DNA of 64,000 nucleotides from Hypomesus transpacificus (taxonomy: Eukaryota), in assembly GCF_021917145.1 (NCBI RefSeq), contig NC_061076.1, positions 13,032,768 through 13,096,767 on the forward strand, given 5' to 3'. The notes below the pieces were generated by a model. The model was not told the DNA's origin. It made no database searches and worked only from the letters and a program-made list of their open reading frames with translations. Shown here one piece after another: positions 1-12,482 of the stretch. Position 1 is the first letter of the stretch, and the number at the start of each line of letters is the position of its first letter. The position numbers and the translations under genes were made by a program.

Positions 1-174
1 GTGGAGCACCCTCTGAGTGAGTGCCAGTGGTTCCACGGTACACTGTCTCGCCTCAAGGCAGCGCAGCTGGTGCTGGCAGGGGGCACGGCTAGCCACGGTG
101 TGTTCCTGGTGCGACAGAGCGAGACACGGCGCGGTGAATACGTGCTCACCTTCAACTTCCAGGGCAAAGCCAAG
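1..174 (+). CDS. sh2b1: SH2B adaptor protein, SH2-domain exon (5' part; exon begins upstream of window)
   Basis: The frame is open from nt 1 and translates to ...[49 protein letters not shown]. This is a near-identical match to the SH2 domain of SH2B1 and, less closely, of APS and LNK. A GTGAGT donor follows directly at 175. Confidence 0.88.
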
Positions 175-884
175 GTGAGTGCAATAAAGAGTGCATGCAT
201 GGAAGGCATTTTTGTGGCGGAAAAACCTCCTCAGGTGTGTGTCGGCTTGACATCCAGCTTGCTTTTGGAAAACTATGTAGTAGATGATCAATTCTTCATA
301 CGAGTGGCAATTTCAACCCAGTGAAACCAAACATATACTATCACACATATCGCAGACAATTTAAAGAGAGGTGGGAGTACTTCTTTACTGAGTGTAAAGA
401 GAAGCCTGTGAGTCTTTGCCATGAGACCATCTCCGTTTTCAAAGAATAGGAACTAGAGAGAGGCATGAAAATATGTTGATTTGAGCCAAATCTCAAAGTG
501 ATGGAGCTTTTAAGGCAGATGAAAAAGGCCCAAAAACTGTATGCCAAATGTTTGCAACATTGAATGCACTGACAATTGACAAGCATTTGCAAGTATCTTG
601 CTAGAAATACCATGGCCAGTTTTTTAGGGTAGGATGTGGACCAAATTGTATATGAAAAGGTTGTATGGGACATGCGACAAAATAATCATAAATATATATA
701 TATACATACACCGTGTTCCAAATTATTATGCAAATTGGATTTCAGTGTCATAAACATGTCATAAACATTTATTTTGTTTTTCAATTACACTCATGGATGG
801 TATTGTGTCTCGGGGCTCTTTGGAGCACTGAAATCAATCTCAGACACCTGTGCTAATTAGTTTGCCAGGTGAGTCCAATTTAAA

Positions 885-1245
885 GGTCACATGACAGGCT
901 GTTTTTGGATGCTTTTATATAAGCCTTAGTGGTCCCCTAATACTGTATCTGAAGTCTCTTTCCCAAAATTCAACCTGGTGCATAATTACAGCCACTACGA
1001 GCAGTCCCACAATGAGCTTTCCTCAAGACGTTCTGTTTCTGTGTCTGTAGCTTTAAATGCTCATGAGGAGGAGAGAGGCGGCACCATGCGCTAAGGTTTA
1101 CAGTGGATGTATCGCATGGCTCATAGCCCTGTTGCTGTAAGATGCCTAAAATTTGCAGTTTCTCATCTGATCACCCTGGTTTGCAGAGGTGCACACTCAT
1201 AGTAATTTCAATGAGGGGAAAGGCGGATATCGCGCGCGCCATAAC
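885..1245 (+). repeat. Unclassified interspersed repeat of about 360 bp (second copy at 39480-39850)
   Basis: The stretches 885-1245 and 39485-39850 align at about 85% identity in the same orientation (AAGGTCACA(T/C)GACA.GC.GTTTTTGGATGCTT...TGTAGCTTTAAATGCT...). Confidence 0.7.
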
Positions 1246-2649
1246 ACCAACTGCAGAATGGTTATCCAAATAACAAAGAAGTGTACAACACTCGCCGTTA
1301 CAGCATGTGTATTCACACAAATACTTGATGCTAGCTACCTTTACATGAGCGACAGTAACTCAGCTGTTAGCTGCAGAGCTAATGTTGCAGCCACATTCTA
1401 AGAGTAGGAAGCTCGGTAACCATAAAGCAACACAATTATATAGCGTTAGTTAATTTACTTGTCCGAGGTTTGTAGCTGGACCAAGGAAAGTTAGTACTGA
1501 TCCAGAATTTTTTTTCAGCTAGGGCAACTTTGTGTTAGCTCAAGTTGAGGAAACAGTCGTGGCTGAAATGTTTGGCGCAGACATACAAAACTTTGGGAAG
1601 TTGTGTCGGCGCATTTCCAGAGAAAATAAAATTGAGACACTGGGTCTTCAGAGGCTCGGATGAAGGAACTGTAAAATACTTTTGTTTTCCTTTGTACATC
1701 CAAACTGAGCAAATGTAATGCTTTGTTCGTTTGCAAACCATGATGTCTCTCAAGGATAAAAACACTTGCATGGTCGTAGCTCAGTTTCTGTCAAAGCAGA
1801 GAGAGGGGAGGTGACGTCACAATAGGGGATACGTTACAATAGGGGATTTTCAAAACCGAGTTTTTGAGCTTTCATTTTCTCAAAGGCGGAGAAAATACCC
1901 AGGACTTGGTTTACACCTATGCAAATTTCTAGCCACTGGGGGACCAAAGGCAGGCTAGGGGAACTCATTTGAATGTTAAATAACCTGCTAAAGTGAAGTT
2001 TTCATGTTATGTGACCTTAAAAGAAAACTACTAAAGATGGACGTTCCACATTATTAAGCAGGCCACAAGTTTCAAGCAATATGGGAAAGAAAAAAGATCC
2101 CTCTGCTGCCGAAAGTGTCAAATGCATTGGACAAGGTATGAAAACATTCAATTTAATTTAGGGACATGATTTAGTGTACATTTATGAACATTAAATGTAA
2201 ATGCACCCAATTATAGCCAAAAGGCTAGTTTCCGTTGGCAGTCCCCCTGCCAGAGTGAAACAAAGGCTATTCAAACCAAAAAAAGGCGTTAAGTTAAAAT
2301 ATATCAAACATAAAGTCCCGATACACAAGCCCCACTTGGTCCTTAACCATGGGTAGAAGGGAAAGAACAATGGGTATACAAACAAGTGGTAAAAAAGAAT
2401 TCTACTGCAAAAAAATAATTCTACTGTTTACCCACTAATGATCAAATGTTTTGTTAATTATCAACCATGTTTTGAGATTTCTTTTAAAGCAGTTGAATGA
2501 AGTTGATTCTGTAATGTTTTGTGGGAGATGGTTTCATTCCCGGGCTGACCTAACTGAGAAAACTGACTGTCCAAATACACTTAAAAAAAGGGTTGCCTCT
2601 TGAGTAGCACTGGTTTATGCTGTTCTAAACTTGACTAGGCTGCATGGTG

Positions 2650-3700
2650 GTGGGGGGGGGCAGGTTAAACTGGATTTTGAACATTAAACAGCAGTTCTTA
2701 AATGTGATCAGGTTGTCCCAACTTAAAAGTCACAAACAAAAAAGTAACAAAAAATTAAGGGTGATCATCTTACTGTGAAGAGATTTGTGGTTGATTCAGA
2801 GGACAGACAGGTATGTGCAGATAAAGGCATAAAGAGGAATGTTTCTGCTAGACAAATTCATCGGATTAAGAGAGCAGCGGCTAAAATGCCATAACAAAGC
2901 AGCAAACAGGTATTTGAAGTCCCGCGAACTTCAAGGTGTAGGATTCTACAGAGGCTTGCAGTTGTGCATAAACCTACTATTCGGCCACCGCTAACCAATG
3001 TTCACAAGCAGAAACGGTTGCAGTGGGCCCAGAAATACATGAAGACTAACAGTCTTGTTTACTGATGAGTGCCTTGCAACCCTGGATGGTCCAGATGGAT
3101 GGAGTAGTGGATGGTTCATGGATGGCCACCATGTCCCATAAGGCTGCAACGTCAGCAAGGAGGTGGTGGAGTTATGTTTTGGGCCAGAATCATGGGGAGA
3201 GAGCTGATAGGCCCCTTTAGGGTCCCTTAAGGTGTGAAAATGACCTTGGCAAAGTATACATAGTTTCTGACTGACCACTTTCTTCCATGGTACAAAAGGA
3301 AGAACTGTGCCTCTTCATGCATGACAATGCACCATGTCATGCTGCAAAGAATACCTCTGTGTCATTGGCTGCTATGGGCATGAAAGAAGAGAAGGAGAAG
3401 GTGTGGCCACCATCCTCCCCTGACATCAACCCTATTGAGAACCTCAACTGACCTCAACCCTATTGAGAACCTCAACTGACCTCAACCCTATTGAGAACCT
3501 TTGGAGCATCCTCAAGCAAAAGATCTATGAGGGTGGGAGGCAGTTCGCATCAAAACAGGAGCTCTGGGAGGCTATTCTGACATCCCGCAAAGAAATTCAA
3601 CAGAAACTCTCCAAAAACTCACAAGTTCAATGGATGCGTTCAATGGGTCCTATGTTAACGTGTAACTTGCCCTATTAAGATGTTTTTTGATTGAAATAGC
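2650..3700 (+). pseudogene. Tc1/mariner (Tc1-like) transposase remnant
   Basis: The + strand translates in pieces to ...KRLQWAQKYMKTNSLV..., ...HDNAPCHAAKNTSVSLAAMGMK..., and DLNPIENLWSILKQKIYEGGRQFASKQELWEAILTSRKEIQ. These are typical Tc1 transposase C-terminal regions. Frameshifts, stops and a tripled 28-bp segment at 3425-3490 show it is decayed. Confidence 0.8.
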
Positions 3701-4321
3701 TTTTGATTTCCCTAAGTATGACCTCCTAATGCTGCCAATTCAACAAATGACCATTTTCAGTTCCTTACAACCTATGTTCTGAAACTCTGTTGTGCATAAT
3801 AATTTGGAACAGTTCATTTTTAGTTTTTCTATTTTTGAAAAAAATACTGTTATCATTGGGAGTTTTGTTCAATAAAATTTGAATTATACCCGGCCTAATG
3901 GATGATGACTTAATACTCACTGTCTTTTGCATCGACTATTTAGGAAAATCAGAGAAATGTATCATATATCAGTCGCTCTGGATAAGAGTGTCTGCTAAAT
4001 GACTAAATGTAAATTTGCATAATAATTTGGAATGTGGTGTATATAACCCCTTGACATGATTATCATTTCCCAGTGTGGCCTTTGGTGAACTAGAGTTTGA
4101 CATCCCTGCTTTAAGTCCTTTTGCAATGTTAACAAGTAGGGGTGGGGGAAAAAATCTATTCGAATTGAATCGCGATTCACAAATGAGAATCGAAATTCGT
4201 GAATCGAAAAATCGTGAATCTATTTTTAAACAAATAGTGACCCCAAGAATCAAATCGTGAGGTACCAAAAGATTCCCATCCCTATTAACAAGCATTTGAC
4301 CGTTCCTCTGCTTCTTTACAG

Positions 4322-4496
4322 CACCTGCGACTGTCCCTGAATGAGGACGGCCAGTGTCGTGTGCAGCACCTGTGGTTCCAGTCCATTTTTGACATGCTGG
4401 AGCACTTCCGCGTACACCCCATCCCCCTGGAGTCTGGGGGTGCCTCCGACGTCACACTCATCAGCTTTGTGGGTGCCACCGCTGTCAGGCAACCAG
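4322..4496 (+). CDS. sh2b1: SH2B adaptor protein, second SH2-domain exon
   Basis: An acceptor (ttctttacag) sits at 4320-4321. The exon translates to [58 protein letters not shown], continuing the SH2 domain in phase from exon 1. A GTAC donor sits at 4497, and the exon ends in phase 1. Confidence 0.88.
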
Positions 4497-5089
4497 GTAC
4501 CCCCCCCCGCACTAGATTCCATATTCTTCATATTGTTTTATGAAGACAGGATGAAAGCGGAGTCACACGATCGCATGCCTGTATCACCCCCCCCTCCCCA
4601 ACCCCATGAAGAAAATCACATTTAGCCTTCTGTCCAACCCCTGACTGGCCTGTCCCTATACTGAGTCTTTAGTTTTGTCCCACAGACTGTATATATCAGT
4701 GGTGGCTGTTGACTTAAAAAAACTGACCCACTGCGTCATATTATTTTACAGTAGTTGGCTACTTATCTCTACTTTCTTATATTTAAGGCATGTTAAGGTA
4801 TTATGTTCAAATGTTGCACTAATCCAACTAGCAACCTAATGCAAATGTAATATACAACTCAGGTAAGGTAATGCACACAAATTTAATCCCCATCTTCTAT
4901 AAGGAAAAAACATATAATTAGGGCTGCAACACGCGATTATTTTGATAGTCGACTAATCTAACGTTTATTAGAACGATTAATCGAATAATCGTCGAGACAT
5001 TGTCATTCACCATTTAATTAATTGTATAAACAAGTAATTGACTGACTGATGTAGCATTCTGCCTAATATCTCCTTTTGTATGTAATGAA

Positions 5090-5610
5090 AATGGAACATT
5101 GATTCCCACACAGAAGAAGTGTAGTAGTAGCCTGGTCCTAACCAGACTCTCGTACATTGCATTTGTGCATTTGGATCGAGTCTGGGCTCGATCCATTGAC
5201 AAGCGTTAACTTCCTTGAAGGCGGGTACTCTGTTGACGTTTAAAACTATTGGATCTGCCCTGAGCCACTCTGGATCTGGCATTACCGATCGCTAGCGTTC
5301 GCCTTAGCCAACTCCTTCCCCACTAATGGAGCTAGCTGGAAAATCAAACAAACCCCGTGGGGATGAAAGATTGTTCTTGCTCCGGTTTTAACTTCTGGAC
5401 ATTCGGCAGCGTTGCCACATTGGACTGAAAGGGTTCGCTCACATCTTTCTCCGTCGCCATTATGTAACTACAACTCAAACTAGCGCACGACATCAACGTC
5501 GTTCTCAGCCACTCCCTCTGTTCACTGATTGGACAGGTAAAAAGTTTACCGGAGACATCTGACCAATATACCTCATGCCCAGACGCAGTACAGTAGCACA
5601 ATGAAAATTG
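5090..5610 (-). repeat. Interspersed repeat carrying a RecQ-like helicase motif-I fragment (copy A, minus orientation)
   Basis: The minus-strand ORFs read ...ATLPNVQKLKPEQEQSFIPTGF... and ...YKEVNACQWIEPRLDPNAQMQCTRVWLGPG. The same sequence occurs inverted at 60620-61060. Confidence 0.6.
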
Positions 5611-5689
5611 AGCGGAAGTACTTGCAGAACCAGGCTTGTGTAGTAGTTAGCTAGCCCTACGATTTACCGGGGCTAGGTCTGAATGTTGG

Positions 5690-5900
5690 GAAGAGGCCCC
5701 GGGGAAGACCCAGCACACGCTGGAGGGACTATGTCTCTTGGCTGGCCTGGGAACACCTCGGGGTCCCCCAGGAAGAACTGGTGGAAGTGGCCGGGGAGAG
5801 GTAAGTCTGAGCCTCCCTGCTTTGGTTGCTGCCCCTGCGACCCGACCCCCGGATAAGCGATAGATAACGACGAGGTCTGAATGTAGGAGTTAAACGGAAC
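5690..5900 (+). mobile_element. LINE 3'-end fragment (teleost L2/Rex-type C-terminal tail)
   Basis: The fragment translates to GRPRTRWRDYVSWLAWEHLGVPQEELVEVAGER, a characteristic C-terminal motif of teleost non-LTR retrotransposon ORF2. Confidence 0.6.
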
Positions 5901-7675
5901 ACAGCTGCCAGCTGTAGGTATATGCAGGTAGCAACGCTAGTGCTAAACAAGTATTTAGCTGGTCAGCTCGATGTTGCCGGGTGAGTAGGGCTTGTGAAAC
6001 TGCTCACCAAAAGAATGAATGGGAACCAAGTAGCCTCCACTTTCCCAGACTTTTAGTTACGGTACTAATGCTGAGGGCTAGCTGAAATCGCTGTCTTACT
6101 AGAACCCGTATCTATGCATCGTTGCTAACGTGTGATGACATTGTAACGTTAGCACTGAGTTCCCTTTGTGCACACAAGGCACTTTTTGCCAAACTTAATT
6201 CAAGCCTAAACCATCAAATGTAACGTTTGCGCGAATACAAGCAACTCAATCGGTACCACGTTTTTTTAGGGGTGGGAAAATAAATAATTATAATTATATA
6301 TGAGAGAGAACAATAGTTGTACTCACCTTATATGATGCATGTTAAGATAACCAAAAGTCCCGACTCCTATGATTTGTCCTAACTTTTCCCCCCTATACGG
6401 CGCCCCTGCACACAGTACTGTATAATCGCTGTCTTTGGACATATAGGCCTATGCAAGAGGAAAATACGAGAGGACACATACAACTAGCCCGTTTTTATCA
6501 ACTGGTGTCGCTAATGGCTATCCTGGCTAGTTGTATGTGTCCTCTTGTGTCGGGATGTTTCCGCTTTAAATGCTCCAACATGCATGTTGAACTCCCATGA
6601 AAGGCGAGTTCCGCCCTGCATGTAAACACACGACAGCATTTTTTTACATCAATTTTTTATTTATTTTATAAATCCCAAATGATCAAATATCATAGGCCTA
6701 TTACAAAGGATATAAATACGTAATATTTGTGGAGTTGGTCATCCAGTGTTGATCCTTTCCTTTGCTTCCTAATCTTAACTGTGGAATGGCTGTGTCAACA
6801 AGTGATTCCCTCCCACCCCATAGTCTCTTGCTGCTGAAATTGATTAAGCTTGATAAAACTATATTTCGGAGCAGGTTAATGTAATTAGACAGTCTACTGT
6901 CTAATAGCGAATGTAATATGCACATATTTTTGTCCTATTTCCCCTAAATAAGGTAAGCCTACTTTAAGACACCCCTTCCACTCATAAAGTATGTTCTAAA
7001 TGGCATAAATGCTGCACGTGTACACTGTCTGCTTAATTTGATGTTGACATATAGGCTAAGCATTCTGTAACAAATAATAACAATAAACCCACTATTAATT
7101 ACATGATCTTAATGCAGTGTAACTACTTGCATAATAATGCACCTAAAATACAAACGTGAGCAAGGGCGTTCAGTAATCGCTATCGAATCAACAGCCACGT
7201 GCAATTTAGCTAGCAGGTGAAGAATACAAACAACGAAAATCACCAGTTAACTTGTTATTAGTTATACGAATTCTCAAGGACGCACAGTGGCGCGCGTGCC
7301 TGCTCGCGGTGTGAACCACGTGTCCGTGCTATTCTCCATCATGCACTCTAACAATCACCGCTTTTCGGCCTTTTGTACAGCCATATTTCTGATACCGTGG
7401 CAGCAGAAATGTTCCCTCTGCAAAACAAAAAAAATCTACATTGAGGAAACACTGGACACTTACCCCTTAATGCTATGAAATGTTGGCTGCAATACACATT
7501 GAGAAAGTTGTGGTTGCTGTTTTGCTACCTTGCATAGAAGGTTTGCTGTAAGTGGCGCAAGACCGCATCTTCAAGTTCAAGTCTTTTATTTGTCAGGTAC
7601 ACAGAACAACACAAGGTTAGACTGGGCACAAAAATTATTAAGACAAGACAACGCAAGCACCTGGCATAACATAAC

Positions 7676-8440
7676 ATTAGTGCTGTCAGTTAAACGCTTA
7701 TTAACGGCGTTAACGCAAACCTAAATTAACGGCGTCAATTTTTTTATCGCGCGATTAACGCTCTTTTTGACCTAGCAAACTTTGTAGTTTTTTCACATTC
7801 TGTTGCAACAACCACTGACGTTAGAAAAACTACAATACCGCACTGGATCTAGCTAGACCGGAAACAAAACAACAGGCACGCCACACACACTTGTTTGGGC
7901 TTGCGAGCCGGCTAAAGAGTAGTAGCAAAGCCCATTTACGGATATTAGACATTCTCTGGTAGTAGGCTAACGTTACGTTTTGAGTTGATTGCCAGCACCA
8001 GACGCCGAAATGGCTGCCAATAAGATTCTGAATGGAAAGTTTACTTTTAAAAGGTTGCCAAATGGTTCCATTGACGAGACCAAAGTGATCAGTGTGTTCT
8101 GTCGTTGTGAACTGAGCTATTATCGCAGCACGTCGTGGAGTCTAAAATACCATTTTGATGGCCAAGCACACAGCTGATGCAAATTCTCCGCCCGCTTGTC
8201 AAAGCCAGGCGATTGCAATGTTGTTTTCAATTTAAAAAAAACATTTGCACGAAGCAATCCGAACTACTTTTCCATGTTGATAAGAGCATTAACATTTGAA
8301 AAAATAATGGATGAAAAATAAATCAAGGGACATTTAGAATAGATAAAAATGTGTGATTAATTGCGATTAATCGCAAGTTAACTATTACATTAATGCGATT
8401 AATCGCGATTAAATATTTTAATCGTTTGACAGCTCTACAT
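7676..8440 (+). mobile_element. hAT-family non-autonomous element with a BED zinc-finger remnant
   Basis: The termini are AGTGCTGTCAGTTAAACG... and ...CGTTTGACAGCTCT, hAT-like TIRs with ...GATTAATCGCGATTAA... sub-terminal motifs. An internal ORF at 7989-8177 reads NGKFTFKRLPNGSIDETKVISVFCRCELSYYRSTSWSLKYHFDGQAH, a C..C...H..H BED finger. A near-identical copy lies at 57300-58082. Confidence 0.75.
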
Positions 8441-9471
8441 AACATATAAGTACACGGAACATAATTTACATCTATGCTGAGCTTAAATAAGTGAAACTTC
8501 CTAAATATACAGATAGCAATAAATAATCGACTATACTAACCCTAATACTACAACTTCCTAAATTAGAGATAACAATAAATAGTACACTATACTAACCCTA
8601 AATGCACATAAAACCTGTTTCAACCCTATGTCTTCGGGGTGAATGAGCGTTCGTAACATCGGTACAGTTCTGACAACTCTTCGCGCTTAAAAGATATATT
8701 TTCTAACTACCTTACTGTCAGTAAAATCATATCAAAATTACATGTGTCATTTAACACTGGGCAACCATTACCCTGAGGGCATATGAATGTTGAAGGTATC
8801 TTCGCTGACAGTCTTTGCTGACTGTGGCTAGCTAGTTAAAACACACGCGTTGTTGCATTGTGTGACATCCTGACGCCCTGACGTTTCTGACTGTGGCTAG
8901 CTAGTTAGCTACCGTAAGCTTCATTTTTTGCCACAAAAACGTAAATTATGGCTAAACAGTAAGAACGGAACGATTGCGCAAATACAAGCAACGCAATTGT
9001 GACCAAGACTTACATTTTGGCACCGAAATGGAGCAAACATTTAGTGAAGAGTTAGGGTGGGAAAATAAATAATAAATACAAATATATATGACAGAGAATA
9101 TAGGTTAAGCCTTGCCAAAGACAAGCACACCCAATTAAACATAGCGTAACTATCACAACTTGGTTGACAGTCAAATCATCGTTTTACGTTTTTCAGGTGG
9201 TAGGCTACATCATATTCGACGTCGAACTATGAAAAATAAACCGTTATTGGCATAGTTTGCATTCAACGTTTTTCGAGTCACCCGGTACTATCTTTAGCTA
9301 GACTATGCTTTAGCTAGGTTAGCGCCACAGTCTATGGTTAGCACATGCATTCATTATGTTAGCAACTGGTAGCAATGTAACACACAGTCCGCAGACGCAG
9401 GTACCCCCGCGACTACTTCACTCAGAGCAGCTGTCAATCATGAAGTCTCACCCCCTTTTTATATCGTCAAA

Positions 9472-10445
9472 TTAGGGCTGTTCCCACTCAGTCGGCTAGT
9501 CGATTTTCTGGTCGATATGCTCTTGGTCAACTAAGATTTTTTAGTCGAGCTGCCATATGGCAGTGTGAGATCTGATTCCCGCTTGTGTCATCATTGCTGA
9601 ATTAACGAAATGTTCTACAGAAACTGTAGATTATATTATTTAAGACAAATAAAGCAACTGTAAAAATATGTATTTAAAAGAAAAGGTGTTACTGTTTTCC
9701 CTTTCGTTAATCTGCGCTTTGTTTTGGTTTGGTATTTTGCACACGGCACATTGGCTGCCGAACGACAAACTCTGCCATAGCCTACTTTGTCGGTGTTATT
9801 AGTCAAAATGGCAAAGAAATCTGTGGTATGGCAGCATTTCATTACATAAACATAGTACCGGGTGACTCGAAAAACATTAAATGCAAACTCTGCCAACAAC
9901 GGTTTATTTTTCATAGTTTGACGTCGAATATGATGTAGCCTACCACCTGAAAAACTTAAGTTGGCCTAGCCCTACTTTGCTCATGCTAACGCGCTGGGTT
10001 GAAAAATGAAAATGCCTATTTAAAGAATCACATCCAAATCGAATGACATTATCTTGTCCGGCCAAGACAACAAAATCTTTCTCTGTTGCACCGTTCCCCA
10101 CTCAGCTTCTACGTAAGTTTGCATGCTGCAAGTTTTCATCAGGCAGTGATAAGTCCACTCTGATGATTTGCATGTTAAACAAACAATATTTTTTATTTGT
10201 AGTACATTGTAAGAGATACTAAATACCATCGGCATTCAGTTACAACAGGACTGGTGATATGAGTCTTATTATTAGTAGGCTATTAGCGGCTGAATCTGCG
10301 ATGTCCAGCAGCCATTGAGTCAGATCGGGAAAATATTTGTACTTTTTGTAAAAAAATATAAAAATAAATTTGATTAGTCGAGTTTCAGACGTTTTAGTCG
10401 AGTCTTGGTCGAGCAAAGAAAATCTTAGTCGGGGACAGCCCTACA
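9472..10445 (+). mobile_element. Non-autonomous DNA transposon (TIR AGGGCTGTCCCCGACTAAG-type, hAT-like)
   Basis: The left end is AGGGCTGTTCCCACTCAGTCGGCTAG and the right end is CTTAGTCGGGGACAGCCCT. Related copies lie at 17670-18470 (inverted) and 38380-38890. The element is embedded between inverted arms at 9190-9290 and 9845-9950. Confidence 0.65.
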
Positions 10446-11517
10446 TCAAATAACTACCGTATTTTTCGGAAATAAAGCCGCGGCTTGTACCCTAATTTTA
10501 CTGTTTTCTAGCGGTTAAACGGCTTATATTTCGAAGTGGTTTATAGCCTGGCTTTAGAACAACAAAGTGGCTTTGTCCCATGATCTCTACAGACCGTGCA
10601 GCTAAGTTAATGCTCAACACTTGAACAGGGGTTTATTAACTGAAAGAGGAATTATTTCTACTGTGTCGTCTCAGTTACACTATCAGGGCTTGGAAATACA
10701 GTGACTTGCTAAAGTAGGCAAATGGCTAGTAGAACATAACATTTCATAATAATTTCAGTAAATCAAACAGCTGCAAGACCCAGTGAAATATTATGTACAG
10801 CTAGCAAACTAACGTCACATTCTTGTGGGGTGCGGCTTATAGAAAACGCGGCTTATTTTCAGAACAATACAGTAATTTAAAACAAAATTTGCAGAAACAT
10901 TTGCACTTGAACAGACATCAGCGTGATAAGAACAACCTAAAATGAAATCTGTGTAAAAACAATATTTTGACGTGCACTTTTGTTTGGTTCATGTCCCATC
11001 CAGTAACATGGAGGGGGCGGAACTTGTGGCCTATATTGTAGCCAGCCACCATAGGGTGATAGAGATGCTTTGGCTTCACTTTTGGGGAGCTGTCATGCCA
11101 TCCATCTATATATACAGTCTATGGTTTGTCATTAGAAATGCCAGACTGGCCAAATCTGATAAGGCTAAGTGAAATGGAATGTGAGCCAAGCTACCAATTC
11201 TTCCTCACCATCCTTCTAACATGTCCCCCTATTATATTTTCCTTCCTGTCATATATTAATATTCCTTCTTCGATTTCTGTATTCCTGCCACCAGTTCTCT
11301 ACATCATTATGTTCCCATCTCCCTCAATCCCTCCTTCCCTACACACCCTTCACCAATTTATCATAAAGGATATTTATTTTACAAACATCATGCAAACCTG
11401 CACCTGACCTCTCCTTTTGTTTGTTTGCATTGCCCCTCCCAGACCGTGCGCTGTCGAGAACTCTGACTAGCTGTTGTTGTTATTGTGTTGTTGTTTTCCT
11501 CGGGTCATTCTTTGCAG

Positions 11518-11608
11518 GCCGGGACAGGGCAGGCAGCCGGCCCACAGTCTGTGATGTCATCACCACGCGCCACCCTGACTCTCCATCAACCCCCATCTCT
11601 GACTGTGT
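11518..11608 (+). CDS. sh2b1: SH2B1 91-nt exon (frame-shifting, probably alternatively included)
   Basis: The exon has a strong acceptor (tcattctttgcag) and a GTAAGT donor. With incoming phase 1 it reads G RDRAGSRPTVCDVITTRHPDSPSTPISDCV. This pattern matches, as far as I recall it, the post-SH2 segment of mammalian SH2B1 (GREQAGSHAGVCEGDRCYPDASSTLLPFGASDCV). Its length of 91 nt changes the frame of the terminal exon. Confidence 0.7.
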
Positions 11609-12482
11609 GTAAGTGAGACCGGACATTGCGGTGACCAAAAGAGAAAGAGAGAGTGAGAGAGCAGGAGTATGTGTGAGAGATTTGATAGAAACAGGTTGTG
11701 AGATGTTGGCAAAAGGAAGAGGATGAAAAAGGACATGGGAGGGGGGGGGGGGGGGGGCTACAAATTTTGCAAAAGTGCGGAGCATGCTGTGTAGTTAGTC
11801 AAAAGGAAATGCATAGAGAATCCACTTCTGCCAGGTAGGACATAGTAAAGCATGAGAGGCTGGAGGCTGCTAGCTGCAGAGGGCATGTGAATCAGTGTAG
11901 AAAGAGGCAGTAGTAGGATCAGGCGTTAGAAAGCTTAGGAAGATGTCGACTATTCACTGTTGGCACTTCCACAAAAGGTTATACTCAGGACTGCTTATAC
12001 TGTACATCGTAATTTATGATCTGTATATGTATGTCTTTAACGATTAGTCAGAGAGCTATAGACTGAACATGTGGCGTTTTTAATTGATGTCACCCTCCAG
12101 TAAATGTACAACTGGCATGTTTTAATTAATTATTGAATAATTGAATTGTGAATTCATATTGAACAAGACATCCTGACTTCATTGGTCTGTCCTTGGTATT
12201 AAAGCCCAGGGGGTGTGTGTGTTTGAGGGAACAGTGTTTTGAGTTGTGTGTGTGAGTGAGCGTGCATGCTCTGACCGATTCCATGACTCACATGGACCTG
12301 TCACATTGGACGTTTCAGCCGAATGACAGCACTCACACTCCCTCTCTCCCTCTTCACCTCTAACTTATTGGCAACTCCTTCCATCCTTACCTCCTTCCCT
12401 CTTCCCCACCCTTTTATTCACATCTTCTTTTTTATCATTTTCCCTCTTTTCTTTCTCTCTTGCTGAACTCTACTCCCTGCAG

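Noticed and set aside
1-174. Assigning the SH2B paralogue as sh2b2 (APS) or sh2b3 (LNK) instead of sh2b1
   Set aside because: SH2-domain identity (…[49 protein letters not shown]…) is closest to SH2B1 as I recall it. The post-SH2 91-nt exon pattern and the linkage to mvp also fit SH2B1. The paralogue call still needs a database search.
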